Positions 14,176-30,710 of a stretch of 64,000 nt of DNA are shown here, piece after piece. Each line of letters begins with the position of its first letter. The stretch's first letter is position 1. The DNA lies in assembly GCF_009914755.1 (NCBI RefSeq), contig NC_060930.1, one strand, 5' to 3'. The notes under the pieces are model-generated. The model saw only the letters and a list, made by a program, of their open reading frames with translations, was not told the DNA's origin and searched no databases. The stretch comes from the human T2T-CHM13v2.0 reference genome, Homo sapiens. Position numbers and translations under genes: made by a program.

Positions 14176-17100
14176 ATATAGGAGCAGTATAAAAAGGAAG
14201 GATCTCTTCCCATAGGGAGCTTGTCATCCATTGAATGAGGAACTCAGACTTCCACTGTGAAATGATATTTGTATCCCCATTGTGTGCGAGATATGGGGAC
14301 TCTGATCATCATAAGAGCACATTTTTCCTGCCTATAAATGATACTTAATAGAGCTGACAGATTATATATATCTGGAACACTTTTACCTAGCAGAAAGACA
14401 ACAGGCTAGGATTAGCTGACTAATAATTTTATTTATCAAGCTCAATTCCCATGCTGACTTCTCTTCCTCTAGTGAAAATGTGTCATCAGATTTGGTCCCA
14501 AACTGGAGAGGTGAAAGGATCCTTTGACCAGTATAATAGCCATGCCATCAGTTTTGCTTTCCTAATTAAGTTTTATATGGGTTAATGATCTATATCATTA
14601 TTTTGGGGGTTTCTAAACACATATGAACTAAAGATGGAAAAGATGATGGAAAAGATGGAAAGAAGATGACTCAGATGTACAAAGGCTTGCAGAGAGAAGG
14701 ATAAGCCAAAAAATTGGTAAATCACACATGAATAATCAAGAACTGACTACAATATAATAATATGTGTCCATTTCCACTAATGAATAAGCTGCCATTATGT
14801 CTCTTCATTCTCTATTTAGGACAAATTACTTCTCTGCTGTATTTCCATTCTTACAGGTACCTATCTGCTGTGATTTTTCCCAGTTTTGACTTTATCTTGT
14901 TGCTTTAATCTTGTCTCTAAGTAAGCTGCAACCCAGTAAATATATTCCAGTATTGTTTATTGTAATTCCTGCCTTTATGTCAGGTGGCAAGAGGAAGGGA
15001 CTGGTTTTATTAATTTATCAGTCTGGGTGTGTGCTAAGAGGATCCTTAGTACATGCTTTGATTATGGTAGATTGAGTCTAAAAGATTCAGCTGGTTTATT
15101 CCATTTATTTTGGTCTGTCTACCTAACAAGGTCACTCAGTGGATTATACTAGTTTTCTATGTGTCATATTGTTGGCCTGACACATAATAGCAAATAAGAG
15201 GTACCAGAATTTTCTGTACAGTCTGAAGCTGTGTGTGTACAACAACCAGTGAAAAATCTTAGTTATTTGGACTTTTGGGTTCCATGATGCCAGAGAAAGC
15301 CAGACACCAGCAGCTGGAATCAGCTAAGACCTAAGACCCTGCATGCACATATAGATGTTTACATTTTCTTCCTATTGCGACATTCAGCCATTGCTTTGGC
15401 GCCTATTTCAATAATATATTGCTGCTCATCAAAGTGGAAATAATGTTTTGTTACTAGCTGAGTATTGAAAAGCTCTTCATAGTTTTGTGATTTTGACTCA
15501 GCTCCAACATGCAGGACCCATTTCTTCAACTGACTTTGGCAACAGGAGAGATTGACTAGTGGGCTTGAAAGTGATCCACTGCTGTTTCTGTTTAACTTTC
15601 TTCAATCCTACTGGGTCTTGGGAAGAAGAGGTAGCGGGCATCCTTGTTTGCCTCAACCAGGAAGCACAAGGCCATCCCAGGGCGGGGCAGGAGAGAGGTG
15701 GGAGGGAAGAAGCAGGCTCCACAGGGCCATTGTTTACCTTGTTGGCGGGTCAGGTCTTCTCAGGGTAGGGTTCCTGGGATAAGAGCAAAGCTTATTGGTT
15801 TTCCTTGCTGTGCCACGAGAGCACACCAGATCACCCCTGCAGCCTTGCTTGCCTTCCCACAGCCTGCCCTTGCCTAGGGTTTCAGCTGATATCCTTTCTA
15901 CTCAGGAGGAGAAACCACAGAACACATGGAGGAAGTGTTTCCAGTGTTAAGACTTTAGACCAAACTATAGAAATCTGTTCTACCTGGAAACCTGAAGAAA
16001 TAAATCATGACTGCTACTCAGTAGAAGTAAAATAAAAAAACAGCTTTACTGGTTTGGAATCATAGGAAGGCTTTCTGTATAGCCTCTCTGAGAGCTGCCT
16101 ACTGGAAGGATTTGTCCTCAAAACGTGAGGATTTGTGGTGTTCCAGGGTTTATATGACACTGGCAGGATAGTTTGCTAGAGGGCTGTGCTTCGACCTTTA
16201 TCCAAGGGATGTAAGCCGTGTGTTTAGGTTAGTGAGCGTCTAGCACAAAGCTCTAATGTTGAAGGAGCATTGGAGGCAGGCTGTGCCTCTGAACATGTAG
16301 AATTGACTAGAAATGCCAATGTTCATTTCAAAATGAAATCATTATCTTTCTTATGCTTCCATTTAAAAATGATTATTACATTTTTGCATATGGTTGAATG
16401 CATATTAATTTTAGCAAGTTTAGAAAAGAGATAAGCATAAAGACATACATAAAAATCACTTATTCTCATCAGCTATAGATAATCACTAACAATATTTTAG
16501 GACATTTTCTTTTCATCTTTTTCTTAGCAATATGTATGTGTGTGGGTATACATATTTAAGTGTGTATATATGTAAATTAAAAAACATAAAATATTCCCAC
16601 AATATAATTAATAAAAATCTAAGATACAACACAATTTCCGTTTGTAATATGTAGTGTATATATGTATATATACACATTATATGTATATATAAAATACATG
16701 CATAAAATAGATACACAGGTATATATTTTGCAAATTGAAATGATGTTGTATCTTGTAGATTTTATTTAACATTAGAATTTATTTACACTACTTAGGTGTT
16801 TTAACAAGGATTGTGGTCCACCATTTATTTCCTTAAGAGTAATTCCAAAAAGTGGAAATAGAATGTCAAGGGGCAAAGTTCTTTATAAAGTCCTTAAGGA
16901 GTATTGCCAGATATATTTTTTTTTACTTCCTTTTAAAACATGATTGTATTGTAGAAGTTCTCTTTAAAAATTCCAAGCAAAAATTTTTCAAAATCCCATC
17001 TAGAAATCAAATCATGATTTTATTTGGCTATGCCTCTTGTAGTCCTTGTCTATGAACTTATTCTATTATTAAATATAATAGGTAATTTCCACTAATTTGA

Positions 17101-17399
17101 CAGATAGAATTTTATTTTTTACATTTTCTCTTGTTACAGTGCCATGCATATTTCTATTATGTTACAGAGATCTTGGGGGTCTTTTTTCCTCCCTTTTTCC
17201 TTTCTCTTTTCTTGTTCTGTACCCCTTCACAGAAACCAACAAATACAGGTTGATGTGTATCCTCTACTCTTTTCTCCATGCTCACACAACCCAATATTTA
17301 CACATGCACTGATTTTTCAGGGCAATGGTCCTTCTTTATCATAAATTGTGGGATAAGGTTATATACATAATATATGTGTGTGTGTATTACTCTGAATCT

Positions 17400-17995
17400 T
17401 GGTTTTGTCACTTTGCAATATGTCTTAAAGATTCTGATAAATCTTATAGATCTATCTCATTCTTTTCAGTAGTTGCATGCAGTATAAATTTACTATAACT
17501 TATTCAAGTAATCTGCTTTCAGCTGATACTCTGTTGTGAACAGTTTTCAACATATAAAAAAGTGCTGTCATTACAAATATTCTTAGATATATATTCTTAG
17601 TAATTGGGGGTTTTATTTTTATGGTGTAAGTCCCAGGAGTAGAATTGCTGGTTTAAAAGGTATGTGTATCTTTACATTTCTATTGGTTTTTTCATATTAT
17701 TTTCTAAAAATATTATAGCAAATCACAGTCCCACTAGTGATGTTGGAGAGTATCATTTTCCTCACTAGTACTCCTATTTCCCTGCTTTCTAATCTTTCCT
17801 GATCTAATGAGTAAGCATTGTTAATTTTCTTTTCATTTTCTTGACTTCTAATGAGCTTAAGCATCTTTTCACATTATTGTTGTTCCTTTGGATTTTCTTA
17901 TCTGTCAATTACCAATGGATATCCTTGACCTATTTCTCCCTTATATGGTTGCTTTTCTCTTATTAAAAATTTGTAAAAGTTCTTTGACTATTACA
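17400..17995 (-). mobile_element. Old L1M(E-like) 3' fragment
   Basis: Degenerate CCCAGGAGTAGAATTGCTGG...AAAGGTATGTG and AATGAGCTTAAGCATCTTTTCAC motifs. Confidence 0.55.
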
Positions 17996-18935
17996 GATTT
18001 TAAAAACTGGCAGATAAAGTTGTATGATTTATTGTGTATAATATGATATTTTGAGATATACATATATCTCGATATATCAATATCGAGATATATATATCAC
18101 ACGTTGTGGAATGGCTAAATATAGCTAATTAACATGTGCGTTACCTCATGAAGTTATCATTTTTGTGGTGAGAACACTTAAAACCTCTCAGCATTTTTCA
18201 AGAATATAATATATTGTTATTAACTATAGTCACCATGTTGTACAGTGGATCTCTTGCACTTACTTTTCCGATTTAACTGAAGTTTTGCATCCTTTGACCA
18301 ATGTCTTTCCAACCCTCACCTCCCACCCCTCTGCCCGACACTGCCCCAGCCCCGGTAACCACCATTCTACTCTCTATGTCTATGAGATCAACCTTTTTAG
18401 ACTCTACATATAAGTGAGATCTTTTGGTATTTGTCTTTCTGTGCCTGGCTTATTTCACTTAATATAATGTGCTCCAGGTTCATCCGTGTTGTTGCAAATG
18501 ACAATATTTTTCTCTTTTTTTAAGGCTGAATGGTATTCCACTGTGAACATATACCATATTTTCTTTATCCATTCATCTGTTGATGGATACTTAGATTGAT
18601 TCTACATCTTGGCTATTATGAATAATGCTGTAATAAACATGGGAGTGCAGATATGGCTTTGACATACTGAATACATTCGCTTTGGGCATATACCCAGTAG
18701 TGGGACTGCTGAGTCATTCGGTAATTGTATGATTACTGTTTTCCATAGTGGCTGTACTAACATACCTTCCCACTAACAGTGTGCAAGGGTTCTCTTTACT
18801 CCGCATCCTTGCCAACACTTTTAATCTTTTGTCCTTTTCATAATACCCATTCTAACAGGTGTGAGATGATATCTCTTTGTGGTTTTAATTTCCATTTTCT
18901 GATGATTATAGTGATGCTGAGCATTTTTTCTATAG
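17996..18935 (-). mobile_element. L1MA-type 3' end
   Basis: TTAACTATAGTCACCATGTTGTAC, CTGGCTTATTTCACTTAA, CATGGGAGTGCAGATA motifs of L1MA 3' UTR/ORF2 end. Confidence 0.8.
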
Positions 18936-19979
18936 ATTTTTTTTTTTTGGTCAGTGGATTGCTAAATCTTACCCCGTCAATAATTTCTCCTTTGATTTTA
19001 CTTTTATAATTTTCTGCTACAAAATTAAAAAATAATTGTATGAAATAAAATTTTTCTTCCTATACGTATTCTGAATTTCCTATCTTACTTCAAAGAGTCT
19101 TCCCACCTCCTATTTTCTAAAATTTTCTTCTAAAAATTTCTATGTTTTATTTTATTATTTTTAATATTTAGTATTTTTTACATCTGGAATTTTTTTATAT
19201 AAAAGTGGAAGGCTCAACTGCATCTCTTTTTATATAAAGAACGAATTGTTTAAACATCACATGTTAAATAATCTTTTCTCCAATAAATTAAATTATATTA
19301 GCATCAATTTAAAGATTTTTTTTCTCTAAACCACTAATCTATTTATTTGTTGCCAGGCCTGAGATGTATTGCTTTGATTATAATAGCTGTATAGTCTCTT
19401 TTAACATTTGGCAAGTTTGATGCTCCCTACTCATTAATATTATTTATAATGTTAGCCTGGTTTTCCTTTTTTTTTTTCAGTCCAAATAGGATTTAGTCAG
19501 AAGAAAGATACGTGGATTACATTTTTAAAATACTGATCAAAATGAAGATGCTCCAACCGTATAAATGGCAGATGAAATAGACTTTAAAGTAAAAAATATT
19601 TATCACACAATATATCAGAAAAATATAACAAACCCGAACCAACAAACATCAGCAACGTAGCTCCAAAATATTAGCTTGAAACATGAAATTGCCAATAGTT
19701 GACCACTTTTTGACCTACAAAAGCAACAATTTATATAAAGAAAAGGTCAATAAAATTATGGTAAATTGAATTTTTTTTTATTATTACACTTTAAGTTCTG
19801 TGATACATGTGCAGAACGTGCAGGTTTGTTACACAGGTATACACATGCCATGGTGGTTTGCTGCACCCATCAACCCGTCATCTACATTAAGTATTTCTCC
19901 TATTGCTATCCCTCCCCTAGCCCCCCACCCTCTGACAGGCCCCAGTGTGTGATGTTCCCCTCCCTGTGTCCTTAGGTTC

Positions 19980-24077
<4,098 letters not shown>

Positions 24078-24139
24078 TATGATGCTAGCTGGTTATTTTG
24101 CCCATTAGTTGATGCAGTTTCTCGTAGTGTTGATGGTCT

Positions 24140-25161
24140 TTACAATTTGGTATGTTTTTGCAGTGGTTGGTACCAGTTTTACCTTTCCATATTTAGTGTT
24201 TCTTTTAGGAGCTCTTGTAAGGCAGGCCTGGTGGTGAGAAAATCTCTCAGCATTTGCTTGTCTGTAAAGGATCTTATTTCTCTTTCACTTATGAAGCTTA
24301 GTTTGGCTGGATATGAAATTCTAGGTTAAAAATTCTTTTCTTTAAGAATGTTGAATATTGGCCCCCACTCTCTTCTGGCTTGCAAGGTTTCTGCAGAGTG
24401 ATCCACTGTTAGTCTGATGGGCTTCCCTTTGTGGGTAACACGACCTTTCTCTCTGGCTGCACTTAACATTTTTTCCTTCATTTCAACCTTGGTGAATCTG
24501 ACAATTATGTGTCTTGGGGTTGCTCTTCTCGAGAGTATCTTTGTGATGTTCTCTGTATTTCCTGAATTTGAATGTTGGCCTGTCTTGCTAGGTTGGGGAA
24601 GTTCTCCTGGATAATATCCTGAAAAGTGTTTTCCAACTTGGTTCCATTCTTTCTGTCACTTTCAGGTACATCCATCAAATATAGGTTTGGTCTTTTCACA
24701 TAGTCCCATATTTCTTGGAGGCTTTGTTCATTCCTTTTCACTCTTTCTTCTCTAATCTTGTCTTCATGCTTTATTTCAAGTTGATCTTCAATCTCTGATA
24801 TCCTTTCTTTTGCTTGATTGATTCAGCTATTGATACTTGTGTATGCTTCATAAAGTTCTTGTGCTGTGTTTCTCAGCTCCATCAGGTCATTTATGTTCTG
24901 CTCTAAACTGGTTATTGTAGTTAGCAATTCCTCTATCCTTTTTTCAAGGTTCTTAGCTTCCTTGCCTTGGGTTAGAACATGCTTCTTCAGCTCAGAGGAG
25001 TTTGTTATTACTCACCTTCTGAAGCCGGCTTCTGTCAATTCATCAAACTCATTCTCCATCCAATTTTGTTCCCTTGCTGGCAAGGAGTTGTGATCCTTTG
25101 GAGGAGAAGAGGTGTTTTGGTTTTTGGAATTGTCAGCCTTTTTGTACTGGTTTATTCTCAT
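24140..25161 (-). pseudogene. Disrupted L1 ORF1p
   Basis: Fragment KRNEQSLQEIWDYVKRPNL (24505-24741); ATG at 25161, TAA at 24140-24142; broken by stops and frameshifts. Confidence 0.9.
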
Positions 25162-25862
25162 CTTCATGGATTTATCTACCTTTGGTCTTTGATGTTGGTG
25201 ACCTTTGGATGGGGTTTCTGTGTGGATGTCCTTTTTGTTGATATTAATGCTATTCCTTTCTGTTTGTTAGTTTTCCTTCTAACAGTCAGGCCCCTCTGCT
25301 GCAGGTCTGCTGGAGTTTGCTGGAGGTCTACTCCAAACCCTGTTTGTCTGGGTATGGAGGCTGCAAAACAGCAAAGATTGCTGCCTGTTCCTTCCTCTGG
25401 AAGCTTTGTCCCAGAGGGGCACCCACCAGATGCCAGCCAGAGCTCTCCTGTATGAGGTGTCTGTCAACCCCTGCTGGGAGGTGTCTCCCAGTCAGGAGGC
25501 ACAGGAGTCTGGGACCCACTTGAGCAGGTAGTCTGTCCCTTAGCAGAGCTCAAATATTGTGCTGGGGGATCCGTTTCTCTCTTCAGAGCCAGCAGGCAGG
25601 AATGTTTAAATCTGCTGAAGTAGTGCTCACAGCCGCCGCTTCCCCCAGGTGCTCTGTCCCAGGGAGATGGGAGTTTTATCTATAAGCCCCTGACTGGGAC
25701 TGCTGCCTTTCTTTCAGTGATGCCCTTCCCAGAGAGCAGGAATCTAGAGAGACAGTCTGGCTACAGCAGCTTTGCTGAGCTGCGATGTGCTTCACCCAGT
25801 TTGAACTTCCTGGTGGCTTTGTTTACACTGTGACAGGAAAACTGCCTACTCAAGCCTCAGTA

Positions 25863-26099
25863 ATGGCGGATGCCCCTCCCCCCACCAAGCTTGAGCATCC
25901 CAGGTCAAGTTCTGACTGCTGTGCTGGCAGCGAGAATTTCAAGCTCATGGATCTTAGCTTGCTGGGCTCTGTGGGGGTGGGATCCACTGAGCTAGAACAT
26001 TGGCTCCCTGGCTTCAGCCCCCTTTTCTGGGGAGTGAATGGTTCTGTCTCGCTGGCATTCCAGGAGCCACTAGGGTATGAAAAACAAAAACTCCTGTAG
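25863..26099 (+). CDS. L1 ORF0-like antisense frame, 78 aa (MADAPPPTKL...SDCCAG...SVGVGS); translation unproven
   Basis: Similar to the primate L1 ORF0 N-terminus (MAGAPPP...SDCCAS...SVGVGP); ATG has G at -3 and +4; open to TAG at 26097-26099. Confidence 0.35.
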   Translation: MADAPPPTKLEHPRSSSDCCAGSENFKLMDLSLLGSVGVGSTELEHWLPGFSPLFWGVNGSVSLAFQEPLGYEKQKLL

Positions 26100-26165
26100 C
26101 TAGTTCGGTGTCTGACCAAATGGCTGCCCAGTTTTTGCTTGAAACCCAGGGCCCTGGAGGCATAG

Positions 26166-26213
26166 GCACCCAAGGGAGTCTCCTGGTCTGCACCCAAGGG
26201 AATCTCCTGGTCT
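26166..26213 (+). repeat. 24-bp tandem duplication in the L1 5' UTR
   Basis: GCACCCAAGGGAGTCTCCTGGTCT / GCACCCAAGGGAATCTCCTGGTCT. Confidence 0.9.
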
Positions 26214-26501
26214 GTGTGTTGCAAAGACCATGGGAAAAGTGTAGTATCTGGGCAGGAGTGCACCGTTCCTTAGGGCACAGTCCCTCAGGGCTTCCCTTGG
26301 CTAGAGGAGGGAGTTCCCTGACCCCTTGGGATTCCCAGGTGAGGCGATGCCCCACCCTGCTTTGGCTCACCCTCTGTGGGCTGCACCCACTGTCTAACCA
26401 GTCCCAATGAGATGAGCTGGGTACCTCAGTTGGAAATGCAGAAATCACCTGTCTTCTGCGTTAATCTCACTGGGAGCTGCAGACTGGAGCTGTTCCTATT
26501 T

Positions 26502-26511
26502 GGCCATCTTG
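26502..26511 (-). promoter_or_regulatory. YY1 site at the L1 5' end
   Basis: CAAGATGGCC on - at the canonical L1 position. Confidence 0.75.
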
Positions 26512-28269
26512 CCCCTTGGTCTGGTTTTCAACCTTCAGTCTTCCATATTTATTTTGAATGAATTTTCTGCAGCTTTATTAAAAAAGAATAGAAACAAGTA
26601 AGAGCAAAGCATAGTTGGTTTATGGTTGTAATAAACTTATATGTATGTCCTAATGATTTGACAGCTTTGTGATAGTATCTTGTAATCCAAGTACATGATA
26701 TATTTCTACATTATTTAGATCTTGTGTTAGGTTTTTCCATAAGATTAATTTTCTTCATATTGGCTTTCTTGCTATGTTTCTTTTTAGCATAAAGCTAATC
26801 CAGGAAAAGGAATAAAACTGGAAGGAAAAAATGTCTTAAACCATTAATATTGGCTGACCCCGGTGGTAGGGTTATGAATGAAACATTTTTGCTTCTTCCA
26901 CTTTTTTATATTTTCCAAATTGTCCATATTAATCATGTATGATTTTTATAATAATAAATTAATGAAATTTAAGAATTAGATAATTGATTGAATTGGATAA
27001 TTGAATTAATAAAATTTAAGAATGAGAATAGGAATAATTGTGCTTTGAAAAGTCATATACACAAGAGTTTTAGATGGAATTCAATACTAAATTTATATGC
27101 TATACTAAATCAGTAATTCTCAAGGAGCAAAGGTGCTGGGGAGTGTGGAGGAGCTCTTTGTTGGTGTTGCACATACAATTTAAGACAACATTTTCCTTAT
27201 TCCTCACCATTTTAACCATATCACCTAACCAGCCTCTGGTAGCACTCAATAGACATCTGATGAATGAATGAATAAGTGAATGAAAACATTGTGACAAAAT
27301 GGTATAACATTTTGTATTTGAAAAATATATGAAAATCTATTCTTTTCAAATATAAAATGGGAAAATAAAATTCAATAAAAATATCTTGGTTGGTGAGAAT
27401 ACACAAAAGATATACCTTCTTGTCTATGAATTAGTAATAAGAAATTGTCTTGAGGAAGTCAACTACATCTGGAAGGTTCTCTCTGGACAAGGAGCATAAG
27501 TGAAAAACAGTGCACTAAATTATAACCAAGAGTTGCAACTTACCATTTTAATGCTTCAGCACAGGCACAGAGACTAACATTTACTAAGCAAACAAGAAGT
27601 CTTGGCAAGTTAATTAAATAATGAATTATTTTTGGTGACCAAGGAGTTGGGCTTCTCATTTTAAAACCATGCATGAGATTTTTCCCTTTCTACCCATTAC
27701 TAAAATATCGTATTAGTGTGAAAAATTATACCAGGACTGGGAGAAAAAGAAATCACATCTGTCCTTGACAATGGGCTGAATGAAGAGGTGAAGGAGTGGT
27801 TTTACTATCTAAGTGACTGAAAAATAGGTTATGGTGCCCCAGCAAATCCTTGTTGTTTGCTGACAATTAGTGATGTCTGTTTAAATCATGCAGTTTTATT
27901 AGGCCTTAAAAATATCTTTTAGTTAGTTTCAATTTCATCAAGGGAAAAGGAGAGCAGAGTAGAGTGGAACTCTGCTCAGAGTCCGGTTGGAAGCCTTCAA
28001 CTTTGTTCTCCCTGTTTTCAGATGAGTGCCTATTTGTGGCTCTACCTTTTCTCTTTCTTCTCTTACCATGACACTCCCCTCTTCTCTCTTATCTTAGCTG
28101 TTCTTTTCTTCTTCCGCATATTAGGCAGTGGGAGAAACACCCTAAATCAGTTGGAGGTGAGGAAAGAAGAAAAGCACCCCTATCTTGGTGGTTCCTCATT
28201 CTTCCCTTCGTCACGTCCATGTCATCAGGCTCTGCCTTCATCTGCGATCTGGATACAATCCAATTTATA

Positions 28270-28750
28270 GCATCCATTCAACCAAAAAATATTGAGCTCT
28301 TACTATGTCAAAGTAGTGTTCTGGATGCTCGGCTCCATCAGTAAACAACCTAGACCAACATCTTGCCGTTGTTTACATCTCGTGGTGTAGAGTTTACACC
28401 TTGTGGTCTAGAATTTACATCTTGTGGTGGAGGCAGGCAGATGATTAACAATAAACTTAAGTAGGTCTAGATGTCAAAAGGTGGTAAATGCTACAGGAAA
28501 GAGCAAAGGTCGAGCCAGGTAAGGCAGATTGGCTGTGTGGGTGTGGAGGAAGGGTGCAAGAGTACTGTCAAGATAAGCCTTCCTGAGAACATCTGAACCA
28601 GGACATGAAGGACATGAGGAAGTGAGACAGTCGCTATCCAGGGAAGGAATTTCCAGGCAGAAGAAAGAGCCAGTGTTACACCTTAAGGTGGGAGCATTTC
28701 TGCGAGACTGGAGAATCACTGGAGTCCATTGTACTTGGAGCCCAGCAAGG
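28270..28750 (-). mobile_element. L2 fragment
   Basis: CATTCAAC...TATTGAGCTCTTACTATG 3' end and internal L2-like motifs. Confidence 0.6.
28371..28433 (+). repeat. 21-bp tandem repeat, 3 copies
   Basis: GTTTACATCTCGTGGTGTAGA / GTTTACACCTTGTGGTCTAGA / ATTTACATCTTGTGGTGGAGG. Confidence 0.9.
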
Positions 28751-29624
28751 GAGAAAAGATTGGAGGACTCAGGAGGTGCTGGGGCAGGTGAACTGCTTTT
28801 TGATTGGGGAGTTCAGAGGGTAATGCTTTGGATAAATGTAACTGAAAACTTTCTCAGAAGTGTTTTCATACTATCTCTACAATTCATTTTCATGTGAAAA
28901 CTTAATTGGCGAGCAGATTAATATGGTGATCTTCCCTTAGATCACTAGGAAAATCTTGTTTTATGAATTTTTCTTCCCTTTTCATTCACTAGCAGAGAAA
29001 AGAGTTGTAAAGGAGCCGCAGAAAATTATAGTAGGTTTCTCCCTACTACTGAGCTACTGAGACTGGAAGATGCTCACGTTAGCAACTGAGTATATTTATG
29101 TATTTCCCTTTAATGTTTGAAGGGTCAGGAATATTTGACTTAGGATACTAGTCTGTTTAGAAACATGATTCAACTAGCTACATGACTAAACTAGCAGCTG
29201 TCAGAGAGAATGCAAGGTCAAAACTTAGTAGTTGATAATAATAAAGAAAGGGCAGAGTGTTATGAAATGTTATGATCTGGGTAATCCATTGGCTCACTTT
29301 TTTTTGTCAGCCTAAGGTTACAAGATGATAAATTAAGTTGCTAATATTCTATATCTACCATTTACTTTTCCTTTATCATGTGTCTGGCAATATGCTGAGT
29401 GTTCTACCTCTAGCATTTTATTCAAACTGTGCAATCTGCCTGCTGAAACAAGTATCATTAACTTCATTTCCTAAGGTGAGAAAATTGAGGCCCAGAGAGG
29501 TTAAATAAGTTTAGGATCATATGCATAGCTGGTAAGTACTATACTTTAATATCCCTTTGCCTTCATGCTTTGCTCTCACTCCATGTTTAAATGAGCAGAG
29601 AGACTTATCTTTAAACAGATATAT

Positions 29625-29890
29625 AGCAAGTAGTATTTTCCAAATGAATTCCACAAGATGCTCCATTGCAAAAGTTCAAATAAGTTTAGAAAAATGCTGC
29701 AAACTTTGTGCTTCTTAAGAGATTTACAGTGCAGATTAGCACATTAAAGCCTTTGGGAAATTTGTATTAGAAAAACCTTTATTAACTTATTTACCCCAAT
29801 TTTTCCAAGCTTTTTGATCACGAAACTCTTTAAAAAACAACAAGTATAATTGCTTTTATAGTATTCTTTGGGATACACTTGGAGAAGTGT
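29625..29890. mobile_element. Possible hAT-Charlie MER DNA transposon relic
   Basis: Degenerate terminal motifs (AGTATTTTCCAAA ... CTTGGAGAAGTG); weak. Confidence 0.35.
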
Positions 29891-30109
29891 TACATGAAAA
29901 GATATGATTGGATAAATTTAAATATAGGAAGAATTATTTAATCATTTTTTGGAATAAAACACCAATTTTAGGTTGTCTAACATACATTTGAGCCAAGACA
30001 TGAAGGACATGAGGACATAATTTACTTTTGTCCTTGTAAGGACATAATGCACTTTTAGTGGTTTGCATTGTTTATTTTCTTTTGAATTTCATGTTACTTT
30101 ATAAAGGTA

Positions 30110-30710
30110 ATTATTTAATCAAACCATTTGTTAAGTGTCAGACACTATGGTAGGTGCTGGTAATATAAAGAGAATATGTAAACATCAACACAACATATCT
30201 CCTAGTATGGGCTTACAGTACAGTGAGAGACACAAACAAATAATTTGTAGGATTGAAATAAGTCTTACATTTGCCACATCAATAAAGCACTATGGAAACA
30301 AAGGCACAAGAACTTAACTTTGTCAAATGAAGTCTTTCAGGAGGAGGTGATATTGGAGCTGAATTTTAAAGGATTCATAGATGTTTATCTGAAGGACTAA
30401 TGCAACATGTTGGAGGTGAGTCTTCAGGAAAGAGGCAACAAGAACCATTTGGGTAACAAGATAGGACTTGGCAAGTTTGGGGAGTCGTAAGTGGTTCATT
30501 ACGGCTAGAATCCAGGGCTCTCTGGAGAGATTGGGAGTACACAGATCACTCAAGGGTTTGGTATGACCTGTCAGGCTACTAAGACAGAAATAACAAAAAT
30601 CAGATGTGGGTTTAGAAAGAGCATTTTGGCTGTAATACAGAACATGATGGATAATTGATGGAGCGAGATTCCTGGGGAGATAGAAGAGGATAGGGCCATG
30701 TAAGTACATC
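30110..30710 (-). mobile_element. L2 fragment
   Basis: GTGTCAGACACTATGGTAGGTGCTGG and GGAGGTGATATTGGAGCTGAATTTTAAAGGAT motifs. Confidence 0.55.

Noticed and set aside
14630-14670. AAGATG(GA) short repeats; also AAAATTTAC repeats at about 5155-5190
   Set aside because: Ordinary slippage-type low-complexity sequence.
28371-28433. CRISPR-like array
   Set aside because: Head-to-tail tandem units with no spacers, in eukaryotic DNA.
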